From contig JBITAJ010000025.1 in NCBI GenBank assembly GCA_044440125.1, forward strand, positions 30,456 to 94,455: DNA of 64,000 nucleotides, written 5' to 3'. The position numbers and the translations under genes are program-made. Shown in pieces: positions 37,528 through 47,040 of the stretch; position 1 is the first letter of the stretch; each line of letters begins with the position of its first letter. Below the pieces are notes generated by a model, which saw nothing but the letters and a program-made list of their open reading frames with translations, searched no databases and was not told the origin of the DNA. The DNA comes from Sedimentisphaeraceae bacterium JB056. Its GTDB lineage: Bacteria; Planctomycetota; Phycisphaerae; Sedimentisphaerales; Sedimentisphaeraceae.

Positions 37528-38028
37528 TTGGAAACTAAAAGACTTTATGAGTGTCTGTTGCTTATTGATCCGGCGATTGCTGCCTCAAATTGGGAAGGCA
37601 TTACCGGCAAGGTAACATCACAAATCGAAAAAAGAGGCGGCGAAGTAGTTAGCCTCAAAAAATGGGATGAGCGTCAGCTTGCTTATGACATTGATGGTAA
37701 GAGCAGGGGTACATATATCCTGGTCTACTTCAAGAGTGAACCGGCTGCTATCGTTGCTGTAGAGCGTGACTTTAAGCTTGCTGAAGACATTATGCGTACT
37801 ATGATACTTCGTGCTGATTTTATATCATCTGATGAGCAGATGGACAAGCAGGCACCTACAATCACTGATTTTAGATATCGTGGTGGTTCTTCTGACGAAG
37901 GTTGGAAGGGTAGAGACTACAAGTCTAACGATGACGACGACGATGATGATGACAGTGATGACGACAGTTCAGATGACGCTTCTGAAGAGAAAGAAGCTGA
38001 GGAAAAAACTGTAGAGTCAGAAGGGTAA
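37528..38028 (+). CDS. rpsF: 30S ribosomal protein S6 with long acidic tail (TTG start)
   Basis: YE.LLLIDP, W.ERQLAY.I, G.Y.L; GGAGGT RBS; rpsF-ssb-rpsR synteny. Confidence 0.93.
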   Translation: METKRLYECLLLIDPAIAASNWEGITGKVTSQIEKRGGEVVSLKKWDERQLAYDIDGKSRGTYILVYFKSEPAAIVAVERDFKLAEDIMRTMILRADFISSDEQMDKQAPTITDFRYRGGSSDEGWKGRDYKSNDDDDDDDDSDDDSSDDASEEKEAEEKTVESEG

Positions 38029-38068
38029 TACACCCATAACACTTAAGAACGGGATATGGGAGATAATT

Positions 38069-38581
38069 ATGTCCAGTTATAACAAAATAATCCTTCTTGG
38101 TAATTTGACACGCGACCCGCAGATGTCGTATTTACCAAGTGGTACACCTGTTGTTGATTTCGGTCTTGCTACCAACAGACGTTGGACGGGGCAGGATGGA
38201 CAGCAGCGTGATGAAACTTGCTTTGTTGATTGTCGTATGTTTGGAAAACGTGCTGAAGTTATACAAAGGTACTTCAAAAAAGGTGCTCCTATTTTTGTTG
38301 ATGGCCGATTGACTTTTGACAGTTGGACAGCTCAGGACGGCACCAAGAGAAGCAGGCATAGAGTAAGCGTTGAAAACTTTGAGTTTGTAGGTCAAGGCGG
38401 CTCAGGCGGTCAGGGCGGTGGACAGCAGAACTATGCACCACAAGCATCTCAAGGTGGTAATCAGGGCGGCTATGGACAACCCAATCAGTACAATGCGCCG
38501 CCGCAGCCTCCAGTGGCTGATCCAGGCAATTCAATGCCTATGGGCGATGATTCATTCGATCCGGATGATATACCGTTTTAA
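38069..38581 (+). CDS. ssb: Single-stranded DNA-binding protein
   Basis: NKIILLGNLTRDP, G/Q-rich linker, C-terminal DDIPF. Confidence 0.98.
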   Translation: MSSYNKIILLGNLTRDPQMSYLPSGTPVVDFGLATNRRWTGQDGQQRDETCFVDCRMFGKRAEVIQRYFKKGAPIFVDGRLTFDSWTAQDGTKRSRHRVSVENFEFVGQGGSGGQGGGQQNYAPQASQGGNQGGYGQPNQYNAPPQPPVADPGNSMPMGDDSFDPDDIPF

Positions 38582-38642
38582 TTAAGTGTTATTAATAATA
38601 TAGAAATAAGTCTGTTTTTTTTGAAATAGAAAGAGGCATAAA

Positions 38643-38888
38643 ATGGCTAATGTAAGAAGAAAGAAAAGAAAAGCGGCATCATACCGTGAGCAAAGTCAGT
38701 GCAGATTTTGCAAATCAAAGGCCGAGTATATTGATTATATGGATCTCGATACTCTTGCCAAGTTGCTGACTAATCGTGGTAAGATATTCTCTCGCAAGCG
38801 TAGCGGTAACTGTGCAAGTTGCCAGCGTAAAGTGCAGAATGCGGTAAAACGCGCCAGATTTATGGGACTGCTTCCTTACCAGTGCTAA
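38643..38888 (+). CDS. rpsR: 30S ribosomal protein S18 (zinc-ribbon type)
   Basis: CRFC, IDY.D...L, GKI, CASCQR, AVKRAR...LLPY. Confidence 0.96.
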   Translation: MANVRRKKRKAASYREQSQCRFCKSKAEYIDYMDLDTLAKLLTNRGKIFSRKRSGNCASCQRKVQNAVKRARFMGLLPYQC

Positions 38889-38982
38889 GGGGAGTTCCGT
38901 TTAATACGGGAAGGCTGCCGGCTTATGCCGGTATTCTGCTGCAGAATATACGTAAACTATAAAAATTTGGAGAAAAGACCAG

Positions 38983-39459
38983 ATGAAGGTTTTACTTTTA
39001 GACGATGTTTATAAACTTGGCTGGCTTGGCGATATAGTCGAAGTTAAAGATGGCTATGCGAGAAACTATCTTGTGCCATACGGCCTGGCTACTATTCCTA
39101 CTGAGGAAAATATTGAAGCTATCGCGGAAGAAAAAGCGCAAAGAGCTCAGGAGCGTAAGGTTGCTCTTGAGAAGCTTGAAAAAGTACGTGATGGTATTGA
39201 AGGTGCTGAGGTTAAAGTTGTTGCGGCAGCTAACTTCCAGGGGCATCTGTTTGGTTCTGTTGGTGCTGCTGAGATTGGCAAGGCTCTTCGTGATGCCGGC
39301 TACGAAGTCTCAGATGATATGGTACCGGGCGGACATATTAAAGAGGTTGGCGTTCACAACGTAACCTTGAAACTTGCTCAAGACCTTAACGCTCAAATAA
39401 GTGTTGAAGTTGTGGCTGAGGGACAAGAAGTTGACACAGCCGAAGAAAAGGCAGAATAA
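38983..39459 (+). CDS. rplI: 50S ribosomal protein L9
   Basis: MKVLLL.DV..LG..GDIVEVKDGYARNYLVP, G.LFGSV. Confidence 0.97.
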   Translation: MKVLLLDDVYKLGWLGDIVEVKDGYARNYLVPYGLATIPTEENIEAIAEEKAQRAQERKVALEKLEKVRDGIEGAEVKVVAAANFQGHLFGSVGAAEIGKALRDAGYEVSDDMVPGGHIKEVGVHNVTLKLAQDLNAQISVEVVAEGQEVDTAEEKAE

Positions 39460-40834
39460 GGATAAGGCCTCGGCTTTATCTTCTGAACAAATCAACAGGA
39501 CTATGCCGGAGTCACTTGAGGCTGAAGTCTCAGTACTCGGCTCAATGATACTTGATAAGTCTTGTATAAGTGATGTTGTTCAAAAGATAAAGGCTGAGGC
39601 TTTTTATCGCAATGAGCATCAGTTAATTTTTGATGCTATAGTCGGCGTTTATGAGAAATTACCGCCTGACAAGAATGTTGACTTGCTTCTTCTTAAGACC
39701 GAGCTTGTTAAGAACGGTCATTTTGAGCAGGTAGGCGGTAATGAGTATCTTTTAAAAATCGTTGACTCAGTTGCATCAACTGCAAATGTCGGGTATTACT
39801 GCGACATAATAAAAGATAACCAGTTGATGCGTGACCTGATCGGTGCTGCTACCGAGATACTTTCAGATGCGTATTCTTTCAGTGGCGATATTAAAGACAA
39901 GCTCGACAATGCAGAGCGAAAGGTCTTTGATGTTACTGAAAAGAAGATGACCGGGCAGGCAAGTCCTATCAATGAGCTCCTTATAGAAGCGTTCTCTCAA
40001 ATTGAGCAGAGAAGCGGTAAGGATGTTACCGGTTTATCAACAGGTTATTTCAATCTTGATACCATGACCAGTGGGCTTCATGGTGGAGAGATGATTATTA
40101 TTGCCGGCCGTCCCAGTATGGGTAAGACCAGTTTCGCGATGAATGTTGCCGAACATATCGGTGCTGATGAAAAGACTCCGGTGGCGATATTTTCACTCGA
40201 AATGAGCAAAGTACAGCTTGCCGAAAGGCTTCTTTGCAGTCGTGGTATGGTTGATTCTCAGGCAGTAAGAAGAGGTGCGTTGGATTCCGCAACATATCAG
40301 GATTTGATTCACACCAGTTCAGAATTATCAGAGGCTCCTATATTTATCGATGATACTCCGGGTATGACGCCGCTTGAAATTCGTGCCAAAGCAAGAAGGC
40401 TTAAGGCGCAGCATGATATTCAATGCATTGTTATCGATTATTTGCAGCTTATGAGTCTTGGCGGAAGAGTTGAGTCAAGGCAGGCCGAGATTTCTACTAT
40501 ATCGAGGCAAATCAAATCTCTTGCAAGGGAACTTGATGTGCCGGTTATGATTCTAAGTCAGCTTAATCGTGCTGCTGAGCAGCGTGAAGACCATAAGCCG
40601 CGAATGAGTGACCTTCGTGAAAGTGGTAGTATTGAGCAGGATGCTGACGTGATCCTTCTGCTTCACAGGGAAGATTACTATCATAAGGAGCCGGAATATG
40701 AGCCGACAAACAAGGCAGAGGTTATCATTGCTAAACAGCGTAATGGACCAACCGGTACGGTAGAGCTTCACTTTAATGGTCAGTTCACAAGATTTGATAA
40801 TCTTAGACATGATATGGAAGACTCACCGTTTTGA
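39431..40834 (+). CDS. dnaB: Replicative DNA helicase
   Basis: EAE.SVLG, GRPSMGKT, FSLEM, IDYLQLM, SQLNR, DLRESGSIEQDAD, KQRNGPTG; probable TTG start overlapping rplI (alternative ATG 39503); no intein. Confidence 0.96.
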   Translation: MTQPKKRQNKDKASALSSEQINRTMPESLEAEVSVLGSMILDKSCISDVVQKIKAEAFYRNEHQLIFDAIVGVYEKLPPDKNVDLLLLKTELVKNGHFEQVGGNEYLLKIVDSVASTANVGYYCDIIKDNQLMRDLIGAATEILSDAYSFSGDIKDKLDNAERKVFDVTEKKMTGQASPINELLIEAFSQIEQRSGKDVTGLSTGYFNLDTMTSGLHGGEMIIIAGRPSMGKTSFAMNVAEHIGADEKTPVAIFSLEMSKVQLAERLLCSRGMVDSQAVRRGALDSATYQDLIHTSSELSEAPIFIDDTPGMTPLEIRAKARRLKAQHDIQCIVIDYLQLMSLGGRVESRQAEISTISRQIKSLARELDVPVMILSQLNRAAEQREDHKPRMSDLRESGSIEQDADVILLLHREDYYHKEPEYEPTNKAEVIIAKQRNGPTGTVELHFNGQFTRFDNLRHDMEDSPF

Positions 40835-40883
40835 TTGTGTGTTATTTAGGTTTTGGAGTAGTTTGTTTAATAGAAGGTTACTG

Positions 40884-43196
40884 ATGAGATTATTTAATTA
40901 CAGAGTTATCAGAACAGCGGCAGCTTTATTGCTATTTTTCTCAAGTTTTATTTTTGCCCGCCAGGAAAAGATTGTTTCAGTCGAAACTGAGGGTAATATC
41001 ACTATAAGTGATACCAAGATACTTTCTGTTGTTCAGACTCGAAGCGGCCAGACATTTGATCCTGAGATTCTCACAAGAGATTGTCAGAATATTGCTGCGA
41101 TTGAAGGCGTTGAATACGCTTATTATAATGCAGCCGAAAAAGATCAGGGAGTTGTGGTAACTTTTGTTGTCGTCGAAAAGAAGCTTGTTCGTGAGGTAGC
41201 GTTCTTTGGCAATAAAAAGATTAAGGACGGCTTCCTGCGTAAGCAGATTAACTTACGTAAAGGTGACTACATTGATAATCTTGAAATCGCCAGAGCTATT
41301 TCACTGATTCGTGAAACATACAGCAAGAAAGGATATTATTTTGCAAAGATAGAGCTTGATAAAGAAGCTCTGTCGGAAGGTAGGATAATTTTAAATATCC
41401 AGGAATCCAAGCCGGTGAAAGTTGATGGGATAGCTTTTGAGGGTAATGAGGTTTTTACGGCTAAGGAGTTGAAAGAGGTTGTTAAATTAAGAAAACGCAA
41501 GTTCTTAGTGTTTACCTCAAAACTTACTGATGATCGCCTTCAAGAGGAAACAGAACGTATACTTGGATTATATAGAGAAAACGGTTATCTTGACGTTTCT
41601 TGCGAAGTACGCAAAGAATTTAATGAGAAGCTTAGCAAAGCTCTTGTTGTATTTGTCATCAATGAAGGTAATGAATATCGAACGGATTCAGTAAGTATAA
41701 GCGGCAATCAGTTTTTTACTGATGAACAGATACTTGATGATTTGAAGTTACCTGTTGGCGATGCTTACGATACGGAAAAAGCAGAGTTTGACAGGGAGAC
41801 GATTGAAGATAAATACCGTAAAGTTGGATTTATAGAAGCCAAAGTCAAGATGACAAGGCTTTACACTGAGGATGATGGAATCAGTCTGTCTTATACAATT
41901 GAAGAAGGTCAAAGGTTCAGAATAGGCAGAATTGACATAACAGGCAATCAGCATACTCATGATAAGGTTGTCAGGAGAGAGCTTGATGAAGTTGATTTCA
42001 GACCCGGCAGGTGGTATAACGGCCAGGCAGCACGAGGCAATGGTCAGGGGGTTCTTGAGAAAGATGTAAAAAGAGCATCTCTTGCCGATAGTGTGCTGAT
42101 CACACCGGTTGATGCTGGAGATGGGCAGAAAACCGCAATTGTTGATATCACCGAAGGTCAGACCGGTATGGTGATGTTTGGAGCTGGTGTTGACAGTTCT
42201 AATGGTGTTATTGGTCAGATAATGCTTGAGCAGAGAAATTTTGATATTTCTGACTGGCCGGATAGCTTTGAGGAGTTCATAAGAGGTCAGGCATTCAAAG
42301 GAGCAGGTCAGAGAATGAGGATTTCTCTTGAGCCTGGTACTGAAGTGACAAGGTACTCTGTGGACTTTACTGATCCTTATGCATGGGATAAGCCGTTGAG
42401 TTTGAATGTTGGTTCGAGCAAGTATGAAAGAGACCGCGAATCCTACGAGGAAGATCGAATTAAAGGGTATCTCGGCTTAACAAGGAGATATAGAGATGGC
42501 TGGTCTCTTGGCCTGAGATTCAGGGCTGAGAATGTTGATATTGATCCTGATGCAGATGCTCCTTACGAGGTATGGGATGCTGAAGGCGGAAATAATGTCT
42601 TTGGAGCCAAGATAGTTGCTGTAAAGAATAATACTGATAGTCGTTATACGCCAAGTGAGGGTGATAGCTATGAAGCAAATTATGAGCAGGTATTCGGCGA
42701 TTATAATTTTGGAGTAGTGACAGGAATTTATCGCTGGTATAAAACGCTCTCACAGGATCTTGCCAGAAGAAAGACGATTCTTGCTACTAAGCTTCAGGCC
42801 AGCAGCATAATAGGAGATGCTCCTGTATTTGAAAAGTTTTATGCAGGTGGAACAGGCAGTCTCAGAGGTTTTGATTACCGTGGAGTAAGCCCCAGAGGTG
42901 AGAGTATTCTTAATCCTGGTGTTTACGATGATCCGATAGGCAGTGATTGGTTGATACTTGCCAATGCAGAGATTACAATACCGATGTCAAGCGATACATT
43001 CAACTGGTTGTTTTTCTGTGATACAGGAATGGTGGATGACAATGAATTTCGTTCTGCTGTTGGTACCGGTATAGAAATATTGTTGCCGCAGTGGTTTGGT
43101 CCGGTTCCTATGCGTTTTGAGATTGCCGCGCCGCTTACAAAAGATGAGTCTGACGATACTAATGTATTCAGTTTCTCTATGGGTAGGTTATTCTGA
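40884..43196 (+). CDS. bamA: Outer membrane protein assembly factor BamA
   Basis: Signal peptide, POTRA repeats (GN...., Y...GY), FYAGG..SLRGF loop-6 motif, C-terminal FSFSMGRLF. Confidence 0.95.
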   Translation: MRLFNYRVIRTAAALLLFFSSFIFARQEKIVSVETEGNITISDTKILSVVQTRSGQTFDPEILTRDCQNIAAIEGVEYAYYNAAEKDQGVVVTFVVVEKKLVREVAFFGNKKIKDGFLRKQINLRKGDYIDNLEIARAISLIRETYSKKGYYFAKIELDKEALSEGRIILNIQESKPVKVDGIAFEGNEVFTAKELKEVVKLRKRKFLVFTSKLTDDRLQEETERILGLYRENGYLDVSCEVRKEFNEKLSKALVVFVINEGNEYRTDSVSISGNQFFTDEQILDDLKLPVGDAYDTEKAEFDRETIEDKYRKVGFIEAKVKMTRLYTEDDGISLSYTIEEGQRFRIGRIDITGNQHTHDKVVRRELDEVDFRPGRWYNGQAARGNGQGVLEKDVKRASLADSVLITPVDAGDGQKTAIVDITEGQTGMVMFGAGVDSSNGVIGQIMLEQRNFDISDWPDSFEEFIRGQAFKGAGQRMRISLEPGTEVTRYSVDFTDPYAWDKPLSLNVGSSKYERDRESYEEDRIKGYLGLTRRYRDGWSLGLRFRAENVDIDPDADAPYEVWDAEGGNNVFGAKIVAVKNNTDSRYTPSEGDSYEANYEQVFGDYNFGVVTGIYRWYKTLSQDLARRKTILATKLQASSIIGDAPVFEKFYAGGTGSLRGFDYRGVSPRGESILNPGVYDDPIGSDWLILANAEITIPMSSDTFNWLFFCDTGMVDDNEFRSAVGTGIEILLPQWFGPVPMRFEIAAPLTKDESDDTNVFSFSMGRLF

Positions 43197-43234
43197 TATT
43201 TGAGAAGTAAATTTGAATTAGAAGAGGTGAAAAA

Positions 43235-43819
43235 ATGAGTAGAAAAATAATAATGTTGGCAGCGGTAGTAGCTGTTACTTTCTTTGCAGGAATGTCAGCG
43301 ACAAAGGTTGTGGCTGTATCAGATGAGCACAAGAGCAATATTGCTGTTGTAAGTATCCCTAAGATAATGGCGGAAAGCAAGTATGCTGCATCTATGCAGA
43401 CTGAAATAATGGAGCAGAAGGATTCTTCTCTTGCTGAGCTGGAAAAACTGAAAGCTCAGATGGAAGCTGTAAGAGCAGATATGGAAACTCGCAAGAAAGA
43501 CAGCAAGGAATATCTCGATCTCAAGCTCGAACTGATGCAGAAAAGAGCTGTTGCCGAAGCACAAAAAGATTTTTTGCAGGATGAGCTTATGGCTAAGAAC
43601 AAGATCGCAATGGAGAATCTATACATAGAGATACTTGATTGTGTTAAGGAAATAGCCCAGGCTAAAGGTATAGAGCTTGTTCTTGATAGCGATGAGGTGT
43701 CCATTCCTGCTCCAAATGTAAACGAGCTTACTATGATGGTGCAGACACATAAAGTCTTGCATTATGCACCATATCTTGATATAACAGATGAAGTTATAAA
43801 GCTTATTGATAGTAAATGA
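43235..43819 (+). CDS. skp: OmpH/Skp periplasmic chaperone
   Basis: Signal peptide, IAVV, long coiled coil, DITDEVIK; between bamA and lpxD. Confidence 0.9.
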   Translation: MSRKIIMLAAVVAVTFFAGMSATKVVAVSDEHKSNIAVVSIPKIMAESKYAASMQTEIMEQKDSSLAELEKLKAQMEAVRADMETRKKDSKEYLDLKLELMQKRAVAEAQKDFLQDELMAKNKIAMENLYIEILDCVKEIAQAKGIELVLDSDEVSIPAPNVNELTMMVQTHKVLHYAPYLDITDEVIKLIDSK

Positions 43820-43828
43820 CGGAAAGCT

Positions 43829-44869
43829 ATGGCAGTTAGAGAGTATAAGACCAGTGAAATCGCCTCACTTACTGGCGGTGAATTGATTGGTGACGGTGAT
43901 ATCGTCATAAATTCGCTCAGTTCTATTGAGTTATCACAGAAGGGGCAGATAACATTTGCAGGCCAGCAGAAATATTTTGATATGCTGTCTTCATGCGATG
44001 CTTCTGCTGTAATAGTTCCAAGGAAGATAGACGGTCTTGAAAAAACTCAGATCGTAGTTTCGAATGTTGATCAGGCACTTATAAGTGTTTTAGGTGCTTT
44101 TGAGCCTTATAGAGAGAAAAAAAAGGGCATTCATGGCAGTGCGGTGATTAGTTCTTCTGCTAAGATCGGCAAAGATGTCTATATCGGTCCATTTGTGTTT
44201 ATTGATGACGATGTGGTTATCGGAGACGATACTGTAATCGAAGCCGGTTCGGTTGTGAACTATGAATCTTCTATAGGTTCCAATTGTAGAATTGATGCGA
44301 ATGTTTCTGTATATCATAAATGTTCCATAGGGAATAATTGTGTTATTCAGAGCAACACGACGATTGGAAGTGTGGGCTTTGGGTATAGAGCAGTCAATAA
44401 TATGCCTCAGCTGATACCTCATTATGGTGGAGTTGAAATAGCGGATTTCGTGGAAATTGGCGCTAATTGCTGTGTTGACCGGGCAAAATTTGGTAATACG
44501 ACTATAGGTCTTGGTACGAAGATTGATAACCTTGTCCAGATTGCACACAACTGTAAAATAGGCAGATGCTGCATGATTGCAGGACAGACCGGCATTGCGG
44601 GAAGTTCGGAAATCGGTGACGGTGCTTTGATAGGTGGACAGGTTGGTATTGTAGACCATGTTAAAATAGCATCCGGTGTCACTATGACTGCCAGGTCGCT
44701 TGCAAGAGGCAATATAAAAGATCCTATCGCTGTATTTGGTGATCCGGCTCGTGAGCTTAAAGAAGGCATGAAGATAAGTGCTGAGGTTGGTCGTATAAGT
44801 AAAACGGTTAAAAAAATTAAAGAGCTTGAAAAAAAGGTTGCGAATCTTGAGAAAGCAAACGACAATTGA
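43829..44869 (+). CDS. lpxD: UDP-3-O-acyl-glucosamine N-acyltransferase
   Basis: Hexapeptide repeats, GFGY, VEIGAN..VDR, KIDNLVQIAHN, GGQVG..DH. Confidence 0.95.
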   Translation: MAVREYKTSEIASLTGGELIGDGDIVINSLSSIELSQKGQITFAGQQKYFDMLSSCDASAVIVPRKIDGLEKTQIVVSNVDQALISVLGAFEPYREKKKGIHGSAVISSSAKIGKDVYIGPFVFIDDDVVIGDDTVIEAGSVVNYESSIGSNCRIDANVSVYHKCSIGNNCVIQSNTTIGSVGFGYRAVNNMPQLIPHYGGVEIADFVEIGANCCVDRAKFGNTTIGLGTKIDNLVQIAHNCKIGRCCMIAGQTGIAGSSEIGDGALIGGQVGIVDHVKIASGVTMTARSLARGNIKDPIAVFGDPARELKEGMKISAEVGRISKTVKKIKELEKKVANLEKANDN

Positions 44870-46154
44870 GAGAGAAGCGGCGGTTGAAGGCAAAGGGCTC
44901 TTCAGCGGCTGTCATGCAGAGGTGGTATTCAAGCCTGCCAAAGAAGATACCGGTATTGTGTTTGTAAGAACAGATACTCAGGTTCCGGTTAAGATACCTG
45001 CGCTTATAAGTTCTCTTGTTGAAAAAAACAGACGTACTGCACTTGGCAAAGGTGATATTACCATTGAGACGACAGAGCATTGTCTTGCTGCGGTAAGGGC
45101 TCTTGATATAGATAATATAATCATAGAGGTTTCAGGGCCGGAGCTTCCCGGACTTGATGGAAGCAGTGCCCAGTATTTCAATCTGCTAAGAGAGGCTGGA
45201 TTGGTAAAGCTTGATGCTGAGCAGGATGTCTTTGCGATAACAGAGCCTATAGGTGTACACGAGGGTGATGCCTCTATATACGCATTGCCCGGCAGCAGTG
45301 ATTATCTTAGCATAACATACGATCTCGATTATACTAAACATGGCGGTATAGGAAGGCAGATGTACAGCTTTGATCTCAATACTGAGGTCTTTGAAAAAGA
45401 GCTTGCGGATGCGAGGACCTTTCTTCTTGAAGAAGAGGCAAGGACTTTTCAGGCGATGGGTATAGGTACCCATTTAGGTCCTGAAGAGGTACTCGTTATA
45501 GGTGATAACGGTCCTATAAACAATAGTTTCAGGTATCCTGATGAGTGTGTAAGGCATAAGATACTGGATCTTATTGGAGATATAGCGCTTGCGGGCATAC
45601 CTGTGACAGGAAAGATTGTTGCCAATAAGAGTGGGCACAGCCTTAACCAGAGGTTGGCCAAAAAACTTGCTGAGCAGATACGCAAGCAGCAGAGGATAAA
45701 AAAGACAGGTACTGATGCACTCCTTGACATAAGGAGAATACAGAGGATCTTGCCGCATAGGTATCCTTTCCTGCTGGTTGATAAGATAATAGAGATAACC
45801 AATGATAATCGTATTGTTGGTATTAAGAATGTAACTTTTAATGAGCTGTTTTTCCAAGGACACTTTCCCTCGTCACCTATAATGCCGGGAGTATTGATAG
45901 TTGAAGCTATGGCTCAGGTTTCTGGTTTGTTGTTTTCTCAAAAACTTGAGAACACAGGTAAGCTTGCTGTACTTTTTACAATGGACGGTGTCAAGATAAG
46001 ACGCTCAGTAGTTCCAGGCGACCAGTTGATTCTTATTGCTGAATCAGATAAGGTTCGTCCAAGGAGTGCTCAATGTAAGTGTTGTGCAAAGGTGAACGAT
46101 AATGTCGTGGCGGAAGCTACGCTTAAATTTATGCTGATAGATGATGATGTTTAA
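44826..46154 (+). CDS. lpxC-fabZ: Bifunctional LpxC deacetylase / FabZ dehydratase fusion
   Basis: G.GLFSG, TTEH, DGSS, ARTF, RHKILDLIGD, GH followed by LPHRYPFLLVD, GHFP, PGVLIVEAMAQ; true start may be a TTG at 44838 or 44847. Confidence 0.95.
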   Translation: MKKRLRILRKQTTIEREAAVEGKGLFSGCHAEVVFKPAKEDTGIVFVRTDTQVPVKIPALISSLVEKNRRTALGKGDITIETTEHCLAAVRALDIDNIIIEVSGPELPGLDGSSAQYFNLLREAGLVKLDAEQDVFAITEPIGVHEGDASIYALPGSSDYLSITYDLDYTKHGGIGRQMYSFDLNTEVFEKELADARTFLLEEEARTFQAMGIGTHLGPEEVLVIGDNGPINNSFRYPDECVRHKILDLIGDIALAGIPVTGKIVANKSGHSLNQRLAKKLAEQIRKQQRIKKTGTDALLDIRRIQRILPHRYPFLLVDKIIEITNDNRIVGIKNVTFNELFFQGHFPSSPIMPGVLIVEAMAQVSGLLFSQKLENTGKLAVLFTMDGVKIRRSVVPGDQLILIAESDKVRPRSAQCKCCAKVNDNVVAEATLKFMLIDDDV

Positions 46155-46176
46155 TTCATAAGGATTTTATAGTTTT

Positions 46177-46989
46177 ATGTCTGAAGTAACAATACATCCG
46201 ACAGCCGTTGTCGAAGATAATGTAGAACTTGGTGATGGCGTGGTTGTGGGCCCCAATTGCTACATTGCAGATGGTGTTAAGATTGGTGAAGGTACCCGTC
46301 TTGCGGCTAACGTGGTGATCGAAAAAGACACTGTAATTGGAAAAAACAACAGGTTTTATCCGCAGTGTGTGATTGGCTGTACTCCGCAGATATACGGCAA
46401 AGGTGATGATTATAAATATGGTAAGCTGATTATCGGTGACGATAATGTGGTCCGTGAGCAGGCTACTATACATCCTGGAATGTACGAAGATGGGATTACC
46501 AAGATAGGTAATAGAAACTTTATTATGATCGGCGTTCATATCGGACACGATTGCGATCTTGCCGATGACATCATAATGAGTAACTATTCGCAGATAAGCG
46601 GCCACTGCAAGGTTGAGCAGGGCGTATGGTTCAGCGGAATGGTAACCGTTCATCAATTCTGTACTATTGGTAAATGGGCATATGCTACAGGACTTACCGG
46701 TATTAATCACGATATACCTCCATATCTGATTGCAAATGGCCACTACCCATGTATCGTAAGAGCGGTAAACAAGAGAGGGCTCGACAGAGCTGGGTTGTCT
46801 AACGAAGAGAAATCAGCTGTGATGGACGTGTTCAAGAAGGTGTACCGTGAAGAAGGGCCTCAGCTCAATAAAGCTAAAGAGATTAAAGAAGCCGGCGGAT
46901 TGCTTAAGCCGGCCGAAGAGGTCATTGATGCGATACTCAGGGGTAATGAACATCGTTTTGGACGTCATCTCGAAGCATATAGAAAATAA
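46177..46989 (+). CDS. lpxA: Acyl-ACP--UDP-N-acetylglucosamine acyltransferase
   Basis: IHPTAVV, hexapeptide repeats, PQ, IGD.N.VRE..TIH, HIGHDC, VHQF. Confidence 0.93.
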   Translation: MSEVTIHPTAVVEDNVELGDGVVVGPNCYIADGVKIGEGTRLAANVVIEKDTVIGKNNRFYPQCVIGCTPQIYGKGDDYKYGKLIIGDDNVVREQATIHPGMYEDGITKIGNRNFIMIGVHIGHDCDLADDIIMSNYSQISGHCKVEQGVWFSGMVTVHQFCTIGKWAYATGLTGINHDIPPYLIANGHYPCIVRAVNKRGLDRAGLSNEEKSAVMDVFKKVYREEGPQLNKAKEIKEAGGLLKPAEEVIDAILRGNEHRFGRHLEAYRK

Positions 46990-47040
46990 ACTTTTGAGTA
47001 TTACTTAGAGTACTCAAATCAGATGCAGTAAGGCATTATT

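Noticed and set aside
39431..40834. Intein in DnaB
   Set aside because: Normal length and contiguous helicase motifs
44090..44893. 267-aa antisense ORF (also 46156-46743)
   Set aside because: Antisense shadows of the lpxD/lpxA hexapeptide-repeat genes
44826..46154. LpxC-FabZ fusion as a novelty
   Set aside because: Well-known fusion in Bacteroidota and other phyla
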